Translations under genes and position numbers: made by a program
NCBI GenBank assembly: GCA_038142145.1
Contig: JAYQJM010000005.1
Coordinates: 147,978-211,977, forward strand
From: Candidatus Actinomarina sp.
Lineage (GTDB): Bacteria > Actinomycetota > Acidimicrobiia > Actinomarinales > Actinomarinaceae
Direction of reading: 5' to 3'
Length of the DNA: 64,000 nucleotides
The notes under the pieces: model-generated
Seen by the model: the letters and a program-made list of their open reading frames with translations, nothing else
Told to the model about the DNA's origin: nothing
The model's database searches: none
Shown: piece by piece, positions 32,164 to 42,532 of the stretch
Numbering within the stretch: the stretch's first letter is position 1
Layout: each line of letters opens with the position of its first letter

Positions 32164-32244
32164 TTTTTAGTTAAATAACTTACATATATAAACCAGACAG
32201 TATTAAATTCACAATGTAGATATTTATGTAGGAGGTAAATATAT

Positions 32245-32535
32245 ATGAATCTTCAACCACTAGGAGATAGAGTTGTTGTAAAACCACTATCCGAAGATGA
32301 TATGAAAACGCCGTCAGGTATATTTATTCCTGATACAGCGAAAGAAAAGCCACAAGAAGGCGAAGTAGTCGCAGTTGGGCCAGGGGAGCCTAATGATAAA
32401 GGTGAAAAAATTAAACCAGATGTTGAAACAGGCGACAAAGTTGTCTATTCAAAATATGGTGGAACTGAAATAAAAGTCGAAGGTGTAGAGTATCTTATTC
32501 TTTCCAGTAGAGATATTCTTGCAAAGCTCGGTTAA
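32245..32535 (+). CDS. groES: Co-chaperonin GroES
   Basis: 96 aa, [12 protein letters not shown] start; AGGAGG SD. Confidence 0.98.
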   Translation: MNLQPLGDRVVVKPLSEDDMKTPSGIFIPDTAKEKPQEGEVVAVGPGEPNDKGEKIKPDVETGDKVVYSKYGGTEIKVEGVEYLILSSRDILAKLG

Positions 32536-32538
32536 TAG

Positions 32539-34179
<1,641 letters not shown>

Positions 34180-34200
34180 TTTCATTTCATTCAATTTTAA

Positions 34201-34230
34201 AAAAGAGTGGACATTGTTCCACTCTTTTTA
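34201..34230 (+). terminator. Rho-independent terminator after groEL
   Basis: agagtgga (34204-11) / tccactct (34218-25) 8-bp stem, 6-nt loop, T5 tract, A-tract upstream. Confidence 0.8.
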
Positions 34231-34236
34231 TATAGT
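34208..34236 (+). promoter_or_regulatory. Candidate promoter for aroH embedded in the groEL terminator (TGGACA-N17-TATAGT)
   Basis: Near-consensus hexamers with 17-nt spacer. The -10 ends 11 nt before the aroH ATG, so the mRNA would be (near-)leaderless. No SD is visible. Confidence 0.35.
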
Positions 34237-34247
34237 AGGCAAATATT

Positions 34248-34592
34248 ATGAAAAGTATCAGAGGCGCAATTGCAGTTGTTGAAAACAATGAAGAAAGCAT
34301 TATTGAAGCTTCTAAAAGATTAATTTTAGAAATATTAGATAATAACAATCTAATTGAAAACGACATTGTCTCTGCATTATTCACAGTTACTAACGATTTG
34401 GATGCAGCATTTCCAGCAAAAGCATTCAGAGAACTCAATATGACGTCAATTTCCGCACTGGATGCTTTAGCACCAGGTATAAAGAATGATTTAAATGGTT
34501 GTATTAGAGTCCAAATATTAGTTTCAAAAGACCTTAATCAAATCAATCATATTTATTTAGATGAAGCTAAAAACCTAAGGCCAGATAGATAA
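34248..34592 (+). CDS. aroH: Chorismate mutase, AroH (trimeric) class
   Basis: 114 aa; IRGAI..VE.N.EE.I...T..L.......N.....D.VS.LFT.T.DL.A.FPAKA.REL pattern as in Bacillus subtilis AroH. Confidence 0.88.
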   Translation: MKSIRGAIAVVENNEESIIEASKRLILEILDNNNLIENDIVSALFTVTNDLDAAFPAKAFRELNMTSISALDALAPGIKNDLNGCIRVQILVSKDLNQINHIYLDEAKNLRPDR

Positions 34593-34633
34593 AAATTAAT
34601 TTGTAATCTTTATAATCCTGCTATCATATTTTA

Positions 34634-34678
34634 ATGAAAATGAACAAGTCATACTTTTACTTTAGTGAGCACATATAG
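34634..34678 (+). CDS. Putative aromatic-amino-acid leader peptide MKMNKSYFYFSEHI
   Basis: 14-codon ORF with TAC TTT TAC TTT run, 24 nt upstream of an intrinsic terminator that precedes DAHP synthase. TATAAT at 34611-34616. No obvious SD. Confidence 0.55.
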   Translation: MKMNKSYFYFSEHI

Positions 34679-34702
34679 GTTGCCCTAAAGTACGCTGTGT
34701 GG

Positions 34703-34729
34703 AATCGGGCAAAAGCCCGATTTTTTTTT
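34703..34729 (+). terminator. Attenuator terminator in the DAHP-synthase leader
   Basis: aatcgggc / gcccgatt 8-bp stem, aaaa loop, T9 tract running directly into AGGAGG (34730-35) and the GTG start at 34740. Confidence 0.8.
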
Positions 34730-34739
34730 AGGAGGAATA

Positions 34740-35753
34740 GTGATAGTTGTAATGAAACAATCTTCTACAAAAGAAGATATTGAAAAAGTTAAGGAAAAAG
34801 CAATTCAACAAGGACATGAGCCTTTGGTTATTGATGGAGTGGAAAGAAGCGTTGTAGCAATTAGTGGTAAAGTTAATGACGATCACAGAGCAGTTATGAA
34901 ACTCCTTCCTAACGTTAGTAGAGTCATACCGGTTGGAAAGCCATATAAATTAGCTAGTAAAAATTACAAAGATCAAAATTCAATAATAGATATAAAAGGC
35001 TTGAAAGTTGGCGGTGAAAATTTAGCAATAATAGCTGGACCTGACAGTGCAGAAACACAAGAGCAAACTATTGAGACAGCAATTGCTGCAAAAGAAGCTG
35101 GCTCAAATGGTTTAAGAGGTGGAGCTTTCAAACCTAGAACATCACCATATAGCTTTCAAGGAAGAGGAGAAGATGGGCTAAAAATGCTGAAAGAAGCCTC
35201 TGAAATAACTTCACTACCACTATTTAGCGAAATTATGGATGCTCAGCATCTTGAATTAATGGAAGGTTATGTAGATGTTCTACAAATAGGTGCAAGGAAT
35301 ATGCAGAATTTTAAGTTATTAGAAGCTGTAGGTGAATCAAAATTACCTGTTCTTCTAAAAAGAGGAATGTCAGCTACTATAGAAGAACTTCTTTTGGCTA
35401 GTGAGTATATTCTCTCTCGTGGGAACGAAAATGTTATGCTTTGTGAAAGAGGTATAAGAACTTATGAGACCGCAACAAGAAATACTTTCGACATTAATGC
35501 TATCCCATTTTTGAAGCAAAACAGTCATCTACCTGTCATAGCAGACCCAAGCCACGCTACAGGGGATAACAAATTAGTAGAACCAGTTGCGCTAGCTGCT
35601 ATCGCTGCAGGTGCAGATGGTCTATTAATTGAAATTCATCCTAGACCTGATGAAGCTCTTTGTGATGGTCCCCAAGCACTTCTTCCAACAGAACTAAAGC
35701 AATTAATTGACAAAGCATCAATTGTTGCACAAGCAGTAGGTAGGTCTATTTAA
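34740..35753 (+). CDS. aroF: 3-deoxy-7-phosphoheptulonate (DAHP) synthase, type I-beta with N-terminal ferredoxin-like regulatory domain
   Basis: GTG start gives MIVVMK..., colinear with the Thermotoga-type DAHPS (MIVVLK...). LRGGAFKPRTSPYSFQG, IGARNMQNF, CERGIRT, DPSH motifs. Confidence 0.93.
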   Translation: MIVVMKQSSTKEDIEKVKEKAIQQGHEPLVIDGVERSVVAISGKVNDDHRAVMKLLPNVSRVIPVGKPYKLASKNYKDQNSIIDIKGLKVGGENLAIIAGPDSAETQEQTIETAIAAKEAGSNGLRGGAFKPRTSPYSFQGRGEDGLKMLKEASEITSLPLFSEIMDAQHLELMEGYVDVLQIGARNMQNFKLLEAVGESKLPVLLKRGMSATIEELLLASEYILSRGNENVMLCERGIRTYETATRNTFDINAIPFLKQNSHLPVIADPSHATGDNKLVEPVALAAIAAGADGLLIEIHPRPDEALCDGPQALLPTELKQLIDKASIVAQAVGRSI

Positions 35754-36592
35754 TGTTGAACAATGTCCATATAATTGGACTTGGACTGATGGGTACTAAT
35801 TTAGGTATAAACCTTGTCAACAGTGGTGTAAATGTAAGTGGTTATGACACAAATATTGACAGCATTGAAAGAGCTGAGAAGCTTGGGGCAGTAAACATTA
35901 GCCATAATTTAGATTTGACTTATGATGCCGTTGTATTGGCAATGCCAATTGACCAAATAATTAAATTTTTAAGTCTTAAAAATTTGAATTTGAAATCAAA
36001 ATTATTAATTGATTTAGGTGGTACTAAGGAAATTATATGTAAAAAAATGAACTCTTTTGATATTCCCTCTGTAGGCGGGCATCCATTGTGTGGTGTTGCA
36101 GACAATGAGAATTGGCAATCTAATCCTGAAATTTATTTTGGTGCTCCATTTCTATTATGTGAAACTGAATCTAGCAGCAAAGAATCAAAGGCTATTGCCG
36201 AAGCTTTAGTGGAAACTATAGGGTCAAAATTTAAGTGGATTGATTCAAATAAACATGATGAGTTAATTGGTCTAACAAGTCACTTGCCACACATAATAAG
36301 TTCTTCTCTAGTTTCTTTAGCAATGAAAGAGCAAAACTTAAATGAATTATTAGATTTAGCAAGTGGTGGCTTTGATGGTGCAACTAGATTGTCTCGAACT
36401 TCTCCAAACATGATTTCGTCAATGTATCTAACAAATTCTCCAAATGTTAGACAACTTATTGAAAAATTAATTAATGAATTAAAACTTGTTTTAAATATGG
36501 AAGATGAGGAAGTTATGCTCGACTATTTATCAGGAACAGTTGATTGGAGAAGAGCTTTAGCCGAAAAATTTGGAGAGCGTGAGTTAAGCTAA
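35753..36592 (+). CDS. tyrA: Prephenate dehydrogenase
   Basis: IIGLGLMGTNLG Rossmann motif, GGHPLCG, TSHLPH motif; 279 aa. Confidence 0.88.
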   Translation: MLNNVHIIGLGLMGTNLGINLVNSGVNVSGYDTNIDSIERAEKLGAVNISHNLDLTYDAVVLAMPIDQIIKFLSLKNLNLKSKLLIDLGGTKEIICKKMNSFDIPSVGGHPLCGVADNENWQSNPEIYFGAPFLLCETESSSKESKAIAEALVETIGSKFKWIDSNKHDELIGLTSHLPHIISSSLVSLAMKEQNLNELLDLASGGFDGATRLSRTSPNMISSMYLTNSPNVRQLIEKLINELKLVLNMEDEEVMLDYLSGTVDWRRALAEKFGERELS

Positions 36593-37863
36593 TGAATTTT
36601 AGTGGGGGTTCTGTATCAATAGTTGGCGATAAGTCTATTTCTCACAGAGCAGTTATTTTTGGTGCTTTAGCGGAGGGTATCTCAAAAATTAATAATATTT
36701 TAATCTCTGGTGACACTGAAGCAACGATTCAAATATTTCAAAATTTAGGCGTAAGTATCAAGCTGTTAGACCAAAACACTCTAGAGATTAGCGGTGTTGG
36801 TTTGAATGGATTAAAACAGTTTGATGGAGAATTAAATGCAATTAATTCAGGTACAACAGCAAGATTATTAATGGGTCTTCTTTCAAAACAGAATTTTTCT
36901 TCAAGACTTACAGGGAGTAATCAATTAAAAAAAAGACCAATGGATAGAATTATTGATCCACTTGTAGAACAAGGTGCAAAAATTGTTAGTAAAGATAAAT
37001 ATTTACCTGTTGAATTTCAACCAAGTAATTTTAATTTTGATGTTGTCAAAACTAATAAGCCAAGTGCACAAGTAAAAAGCGGTTTGATAATCGCATCATT
37101 GTATAACAAAGAAAACTCATCAACGATTATTGAAGACATCCCCACAAGGGATCATACAGAGAGATTGTTAGGTTATATGGGTGTTGATTTAGTAAGAATG
37201 GGTAATCAAGTAACTATTTCACCTAATGCTAGCTTAAGTCCTGTTAATCTAGCAGTTCCAGGTGATCCTTCTTCCGCAGCTTTTTTAATTGCAATAGGTT
37301 TATTGAGCTGTGAAAAATTAATTATCAATAATCTATTACTTAACGAAAGAAGAATTGGGTTCTTGAAAATAATAAAAAAAATGGGTGGAAATATTTCAAT
37401 TGATAACATACAAAAAATTAATAATGAAAATGTTGGTGATGTAATAATTTTAAAATCGAATCTAAATGGAGTCAGTATAAGCAAAGATGAAGTTGCAGAT
37501 ATGGTTGATGAGTTTCCTATTTTTACTTTGTTAGCTTCTCAAGCAAGTGGTGAAACAACTGTTGTAGGTGCGGAAGAATTAAGAGTGAAAGAGTCAGATC
37601 GTATTGCAGCAATGGAAAAGTTTATTTTGAATTTAGGTGGAGAAATAAGAACCCAAAAAGATGGTTTTAAAATTTCAGGCAAACAATCTTTACAAGCTGG
37701 AACTGTAGAGTCTAATGATGATCATAGGATTGCGATGACTGCTATAGTCGCAAATGTTTGTATAAATTCAAAGATTGAAGTTGATAATATAGATTGTATT
37801 TCTGATTCCTATCCAAGTTTTTTTGAAGATCTTTTAAAGATTGGAGTCCATTATGGCAATTAA
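36592..37863 (+). CDS. aroA: 3-phosphoshikimate 1-carboxyvinyltransferase (EPSP synthase)
   Basis: 423 aa; GDKSISHRA, NSGTTARLL, KESDRI, DDHRIAM motifs. Confidence 0.95.
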   Translation: MNFSGGSVSIVGDKSISHRAVIFGALAEGISKINNILISGDTEATIQIFQNLGVSIKLLDQNTLEISGVGLNGLKQFDGELNAINSGTTARLLMGLLSKQNFSSRLTGSNQLKKRPMDRIIDPLVEQGAKIVSKDKYLPVEFQPSNFNFDVVKTNKPSAQVKSGLIIASLYNKENSSTIIEDIPTRDHTERLLGYMGVDLVRMGNQVTISPNASLSPVNLAVPGDPSSAAFLIAIGLLSCEKLIINNLLLNERRIGFLKIIKKMGGNISIDNIQKINNENVGDVIILKSNLNGVSISKDEVADMVDEFPIFTLLASQASGETTVVGAEELRVKESDRIAAMEKFILNLGGEIRTQKDGFKISGKQSLQAGTVESNDDHRIAMTAIVANVCINSKIEVDNIDCISDSYPSFFEDLLKIGVHYGN

Positions 37864-38650
37864 ACTTGGAATTTTGGGCTGGCCATTAGAAAAAACATTT
37901 TCACCTAAAATTCAAACATATTTAGGTAAACACACTGGTGTGAAGCTTGAATATGAAAAAATTCAATATGAAAATATTACATTAGAGAATATCAATAAAA
38001 TTAATAGAAATTTTCTGGGTTACAATGTAACAATTCCTCATAAATCATCTGTATTCAATTTATTGAGTAAATTAGAAAACGTAGATTTTGATGAAACGGC
38101 TGTCAACACCAAAGTGGTCAACACTGTTAAATCTTCCAAAGACAGAATATTTGTAGCTAATACTGATTTAGTTGGTATAAACCAAACATTTAAATATATG
38201 GATTATTCACTTGCTAATAAAAAAGTTTTAATTCTTGGAAACGGAAGTTCTTCTAAAACATTAACAAGTTTCCTAAACAATAGAGGTAACGTTTATATTG
38301 CATCAAGGAGTGACGAGGAAAATACGATTTCATATGAACAAGTTAACAATATAGCTCATGAAATTAATCTTATTATCAATACAACACCATTAGGGATGCC
38401 ACCCTATGAGAGAGAAAAGCTACCAATAGACATAAAATTATTCAAAAATTTAGAACTTTTTTTCAATTTAGGTTACGGCTTAAGCAAAAATTGGGTAAAT
38501 GGAATTACTCTTAATAAAGTAGAATATGTGGATGGACTTATAATGTTGATAGGCCAAGCAATCGAGTCTTTTAATATTTGGACTGATAAAAATATAAAAT
38601 TTGATGAATTTTATGAAAAAATTTTGAATGAGGTTATAAATGAGAATTAA
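37853..38650 (+). CDS. aroE: Shikimate dehydrogenase
   Basis: ATG 37853 (MAIKLGILGWPLEKTFSPKIQ) preferred over the TTG at 37841. NVTIPHK motif; GNGSSSK dinucleotide loop. Confidence 0.9.
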   Translation: MAIKLGILGWPLEKTFSPKIQTYLGKHTGVKLEYEKIQYENITLENINKINRNFLGYNVTIPHKSSVFNLLSKLENVDFDETAVNTKVVNTVKSSKDRIFVANTDLVGINQTFKYMDYSLANKKVLILGNGSSSKTLTSFLNNRGNVYIASRSDEENTISYEQVNNIAHEINLIINTTPLGMPPYEREKLPIDIKLFKNLELFFNLGYGLSKNWVNGITLNKVEYVDGLIMLIGQAIESFNIWTDKNIKFDEFYEKILNEVINEN

Positions 38651-39821
38651 ATATTTAACAGCTGGTGAAAGCCATGGCCCCGAACTCAATGCAATCATTG
38701 AAGGGATTCCCTCAAATTTTGAAATTAGTAAAGAGTTTATAGATAATTTTCTTGAAAGAAGACAAAAAGGCTCTGGATCTGGTGGAAGAATGAATATTGA
38801 AAAAGATGCAGTTTCAATAAGTTCAGGAGTTGTTAATAACAAGAGTACTGGAGGTCCAATAGCTCTTAAAATAATTAATAAAGATTGGAAAAACTGGCAA
38901 AGTAAAGAAATAGAACCATTCAATGTCCCTCGTCCAGGTCATGCAGATCTTGTAGGAACTCTTAAATATAAACATACTGACATTAGGCACTCTCTAGAAA
39001 GAGCTAGTGCTAGAGAAACTGCTATAAGAACTGCTGTAGGTGCTGTTTGCTCTCAAGTATTACAAAGTTTAAATATCAATATTATGGGTTTTGTTTCTTC
39101 AATTGGTGAATTTTCAATTGATTTAAATCAAATTGTAAACGACGAAGAATTAAGAAATAAAGTAATCAACTCAAACGTTTCCTGTCCTGATGAAAGTATT
39201 TCAGCTCAAATGGAGGAAGCAATTAAAGAAGCAAGAAAAAATAAAGATACTTTAGGTGGTGCTATTACTTGCATAGCTGAAAATTTTCCTCCAGGATGTG
39301 GTAGCTATGTACATTTTGATAGAAAACTAGATGCAAAAATTGCATCTTCTATGATGTCAGTTCAAAGTGTTAAAGCAGTTGAGATTGGTAATGGTGTAGA
39401 ATCATCAAAATCATTTGGTACTAAAGTTCAAGATCAAATCGAATTAGAGAATAAATCATTAAAGAGGATTAGCAACAATTTAGGTGGTTTTGAAGGTGGA
39501 ATGACCACAGGAGAGAAAATAGTTATCACATCTTTTTTAAAGCCAATTAGCACAACGCTTACACCTATAAAAAGTGTTGATTTAGCATCAAAAAAAGAAA
39601 CAAAAACTGAATATGAAAGGTCAGACACTTGTGCTGTTCCCAGAGCAGTCCCAATCTTTGAAAGTGTATTAGCTATAGATTTGTTAAATGCTTTATTAAT
39701 TAAAACTGGTGGTGATTCAAAACAAGAAATTTCTGAAAGACTCACTAAATTAAGAGAATATTCTATAGACGATTTCAAACTAGCAAATGAAACTTGGCAA
39801 ATGAACTATGAAATTGAATAA
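38640..39821 (+). CDS. aroC: Chorismate synthase
   Basis: TAGESHGPEL start, RPGHAD, ERASARETA motifs; 393 aa. Confidence 0.96.
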   Translation: MRIKYLTAGESHGPELNAIIEGIPSNFEISKEFIDNFLERRQKGSGSGGRMNIEKDAVSISSGVVNNKSTGGPIALKIINKDWKNWQSKEIEPFNVPRPGHADLVGTLKYKHTDIRHSLERASARETAIRTAVGAVCSQVLQSLNINIMGFVSSIGEFSIDLNQIVNDEELRNKVINSNVSCPDESISAQMEEAIKEARKNKDTLGGAITCIAENFPPGCGSYVHFDRKLDAKIASSMMSVQSVKAVEIGNGVESSKSFGTKVQDQIELENKSLKRISNNLGGFEGGMTTGEKIVITSFLKPISTTLTPIKSVDLASKKETKTEYERSDTCAVPRAVPIFESVLAIDLLNALLIKTGGDSKQEISERLTKLREYSIDDFKLANETWQMNYEIE

Positions 39822-40308
39822 AACTTACAGTATATGTGGATACATGGGAGTTGGAAAAACCTCTTTGATCAAAAAAGTTATGCAAAAAAAAAATTTCAAA
39901 TGTTTAGATCTTGATGAATTTATAGAAGAAAAATATGGTCCAATAGATAATATTTTCGAATCAAAAGGGGAGAGTTATTTTAGAGAGATTGAAGAAATAG
40001 AATATTTTGAAAATTTAGAAAGTTTTGACCTAATCGCACTCGGAGGAGGTTCATTAGAAAATTCAAGCATCCACAATCATGTTATTAGCAGTGATAGTGG
40101 TATTTATTTAGAATCAAGTTTTGAAGAGTTGTGGAGTCGAATTAGAGATTCCAACAGACCTCTAGTTACAGAAGGAAGGGAAGAAAACTATCAGAGATTT
40201 TTGAGAAGGATTAAGCTTTATGAAGGTTGCAAATTTAAGATTAGTGAAACCAATCTAGATGACATATTTGATAAATTGATAGAAATAATTGATAACAATG
40301 AAAACTAA
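39808..40308 (+). CDS. aroK: Shikimate kinase
   Basis: GYMGVGKTS P-loop, FRE.E motif, LGGG; 166 aa. Confidence 0.88.
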   Translation: MKLNKTYSICGYMGVGKTSLIKKVMQKKNFKCLDLDEFIEEKYGPIDNIFESKGESYFREIEEIEYFENLESFDLIALGGGSLENSSIHNHVISSDSGIYLESSFEELWSRIRDSNRPLVTEGREENYQRFLRRIKLYEGCKFKISETNLDDIFDKLIEIIDNNEN

Positions 40309-41290
40309 AGTAACTTACTTAAATACAAATAGTGAATTTATTGAAAATATAAATTTATCAAATTTCGATTTAATTGTTGCAGATTCAAATTTGCAAAATT
40401 TAAAATTTGATAACAATTTAAGTGTAAGCATTGAATATTTGCTGGTATCAGAAGAGAAAAAAATTCTAAGTACAGTTGAAACAATTTGGGAAGTGTTTTT
40501 CAATTACGATTTAAATAGAAATAGTAAAATTCTCTTCATTGGCGGGGGTGTTTTACTTGATTTGTGTGCATTTGCTGCAAGTACTTATAAAAGGGGTGTT
40601 GATTTTTCATTAGCTCCCTCAACACTTTTAGGAATGGTTGATGCTGCTCATGGAGGTAAAAACGGGTTTAATAATGAATTTGGTAAGAACCAAATAGGCA
40701 CCTTTTCCAAACCATCAAATGTCTTAGTATGCTTTGAGTTATTAAATGAATTACCTGAAAGTATTTATAAAGATGGCCTAATTGAACTGATCAAACATGG
40801 TCTTATTGGCGATAAAGGTATATTTAATTATTTGATAAATAGTCAAACTCATCACATAACTTTTGAAGTATTAAAAGATGGCATACATGTCAAAACTTCA
40901 ATCACAGATATTGATTTTCTTGAGAGCAATAAGAGGAAGCTCCTAAATTTTGGTCATACGATTGGACATCTTATTGAAAAAGATTCTGATTATGAAATTT
41001 CTCATGGTCAAGCTGTTGCTATGGGAATATATTATGAAATGATACTGTCAAAAAATCATTTGAATCTAGATGATAAAGTTATAAATCAATATATTGAATT
41101 TCTAGATAAAATAAAATACCAAAATACTTATAAATTTAAATCTTCAAAGGAAGAATTGATTGCAAGACTTAAAAACGATAAAAAAAGTCATAATGAGAGT
41201 GTTGAGATAATATTATTAAATCAAATTTCAGATCCTCAAATTGTTGAACTTAATTTCTCAGAAGTAATGGAAGTAATTGAGTATGAATAA
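40298..41290 (+). CDS. aroB: 3-dehydroquinate synthase
   Basis: ATG 40298 preferred (the track ORF starts at TTG 40289). GGGVLLDL, metal-ligand HTIGHLIE and HGQAVAMG motifs. Confidence 0.9.
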   Translation: MKTKVTYLNTNSEFIENINLSNFDLIVADSNLQNLKFDNNLSVSIEYLLVSEEKKILSTVETIWEVFFNYDLNRNSKILFIGGGVLLDLCAFAASTYKRGVDFSLAPSTLLGMVDAAHGGKNGFNNEFGKNQIGTFSKPSNVLVCFELLNELPESIYKDGLIELIKHGLIGDKGIFNYLINSQTHHITFEVLKDGIHVKTSITDIDFLESNKRKLLNFGHTIGHLIEKDSDYEISHGQAVAMGIYYEMILSKNHLNLDDKVINQYIEFLDKIKYQNTYKFKSSKEELIARLKNDKKSHNESVEIILLNQISDPQIVELNFSEVMEVIEYE

Positions 41291-41720
41291 AGTAGAAATT
41301 GTAAATGGTCCTAATTTAAATTTTTTAGGTATTCGTGAAATAGAAAAGTATGGTTCGGCAAGTTATAAAGATCTAGTAAATACTCTTGAAGAAAAAGCAA
41401 GGGAGCTAAATCTTGAATTAAAATTTTTTCAATCGAATATTGAAGGTGAAATAGTAGATGTTTTGCAAAATTCATTTCAAGCTTCAGAATGGATTGTCAT
41501 AAATCCAGGTGCATATACTCATACAAGTATTGCCATTAGAGATTGCTTAGCTTACTTATCAACCAAGTTAAAAATTATTGAAGTTCACTTAACAGATATA
41601 AACAATAGAGAAAATTTTAGAAATATAAATTTAATTTCAGAATTCTGTGAAAAGTCAATTATCGGCAAAGGAATAGATGGTTATATAGAGGCATTGGAGT
41701 ACATAAATGAACAACATTGA
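41283..41720 (+). CDS. aroQ: 3-dehydroquinate dehydratase, type II
   Basis: ATG 41283 gives MNKVEIVNGPNLNFLGIRE; NPGAYTHTSIAIRD motif. Confidence 0.94.
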   Translation: MNKVEIVNGPNLNFLGIREIEKYGSASYKDLVNTLEEKARELNLELKFFQSNIEGEIVDVLQNSFQASEWIVINPGAYTHTSIAIRDCLAYLSTKLKIIEVHLTDINNRENFRNINLISEFCEKSIIGKGIDGYIEALEYINEQH

Positions 41721-42528
41721 AAAGATTGCTTACCAAGGTTCACCAGGTTCTTATTCAGAAGAGTTGTTAAAAAAAGAATTTCAAAACTCCCAATACTTAT
41801 CTTGTAACTCTTTCGCAGAGCTTGTAGAAAATGTATCAGCAAATAATACTTATGGACTTTTACCAGTTGAAAATTCAATTGCAGGAACTGTTATTGAAGC
41901 ATATGAAGAATTGATTGATAGTGATTTGAAAATTTTCGCAGAGTATATTAAAAAAATTGATCATTCTTTGATAGGATTACCAGGATCTAATTTAAATCAA
42001 ATAAATCAAGTTATTTCTCATCCTCAAGCTCTTCAGCAATGTAGTAAATTTATTCAAGAAAATAATTTTAAGATTTCACCGGTTTTTGATACTGCTGGAA
42101 GTTTAATAGAACTTGAGGAAAAACAAGATATGTCAATCGCAGCCATAGCCGGTATACATTTTGAAAATAATTCAAAGTTTGAAATTTTGAAAAAGAATAT
42201 AGCAAATCATAGTGAAAATTTTACGAGATTTTTTCTTATTGGGAATAATGAACCTGATAATAATTTGATAAAAAATAAATATTCATCAGTATTAATTTCA
42301 GATGATAAACCAGGTTCGTTATTAAAGACATTAAATATTTTTAGTGATTTAAATATAAATTTAACAAAACTTGAGTCACGTCCAATATTGGGAAGACCTT
42401 GGGAGTACAAGTTTTATATAGACTACGAATTGGGGGAGTATGATATTCAAGAAAACCTTGTAGTCAAAATTGAAGAGGTTTCAAAAGAATTTAAAATTCT
42501 TGGACATTATCCAAAAGCTAATATTTAA
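41707..42528 (+). CDS. pheA: Prephenate dehydratase with C-terminal ACT domain
   Basis: AYQGSPGSYSE, NFTRFFLIG, TKLESRP motifs; 273 aa; no fused chorismate mutase. Confidence 0.93.
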   Translation: MNNIEKIAYQGSPGSYSEELLKKEFQNSQYLSCNSFAELVENVSANNTYGLLPVENSIAGTVIEAYEELIDSDLKIFAEYIKKIDHSLIGLPGSNLNQINQVISHPQALQQCSKFIQENNFKISPVFDTAGSLIELEEKQDMSIAAIAGIHFENNSKFEILKKNIANHSENFTRFFLIGNNEPDNNLIKNKYSSVLISDDKPGSLLKTLNIFSDLNINLTKLESRPILGRPWEYKFYIDYELGEYDIQENLVVKIEEVSKEFKILGHYPKANI

Positions 42529-42532
42529 AGAT

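Noticed and set aside
32164-32244. Search for CIRCE (TTAGCACTC-N9-GAGTGCTAA) or an HspR HAIR element upstream of groES
   Set aside because: No inverted repeat resembling either consensus is present in the 81-nt gap. Heat-shock control of this operon cannot be inferred from the window.
34593-34739. T-box or metabolite riboswitch as the explanation for the terminator in the DAHP-synthase leader
   Set aside because: There is no T-box consensus (…GGUGGUACCGCG…), no specifier-loop architecture, and the leader is too short (about 110 nt). The Tyr/Phe mini-ORF explanation fits better.
38480-38923. 147-aa minus-strand ORF spanning the aroE/aroC junction
   Set aside because: It overlaps two well-supported plus-strand genes in a translationally coupled operon. 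Its hydrophobic, low-complexity translation is typical of AT-rich antisense frames.
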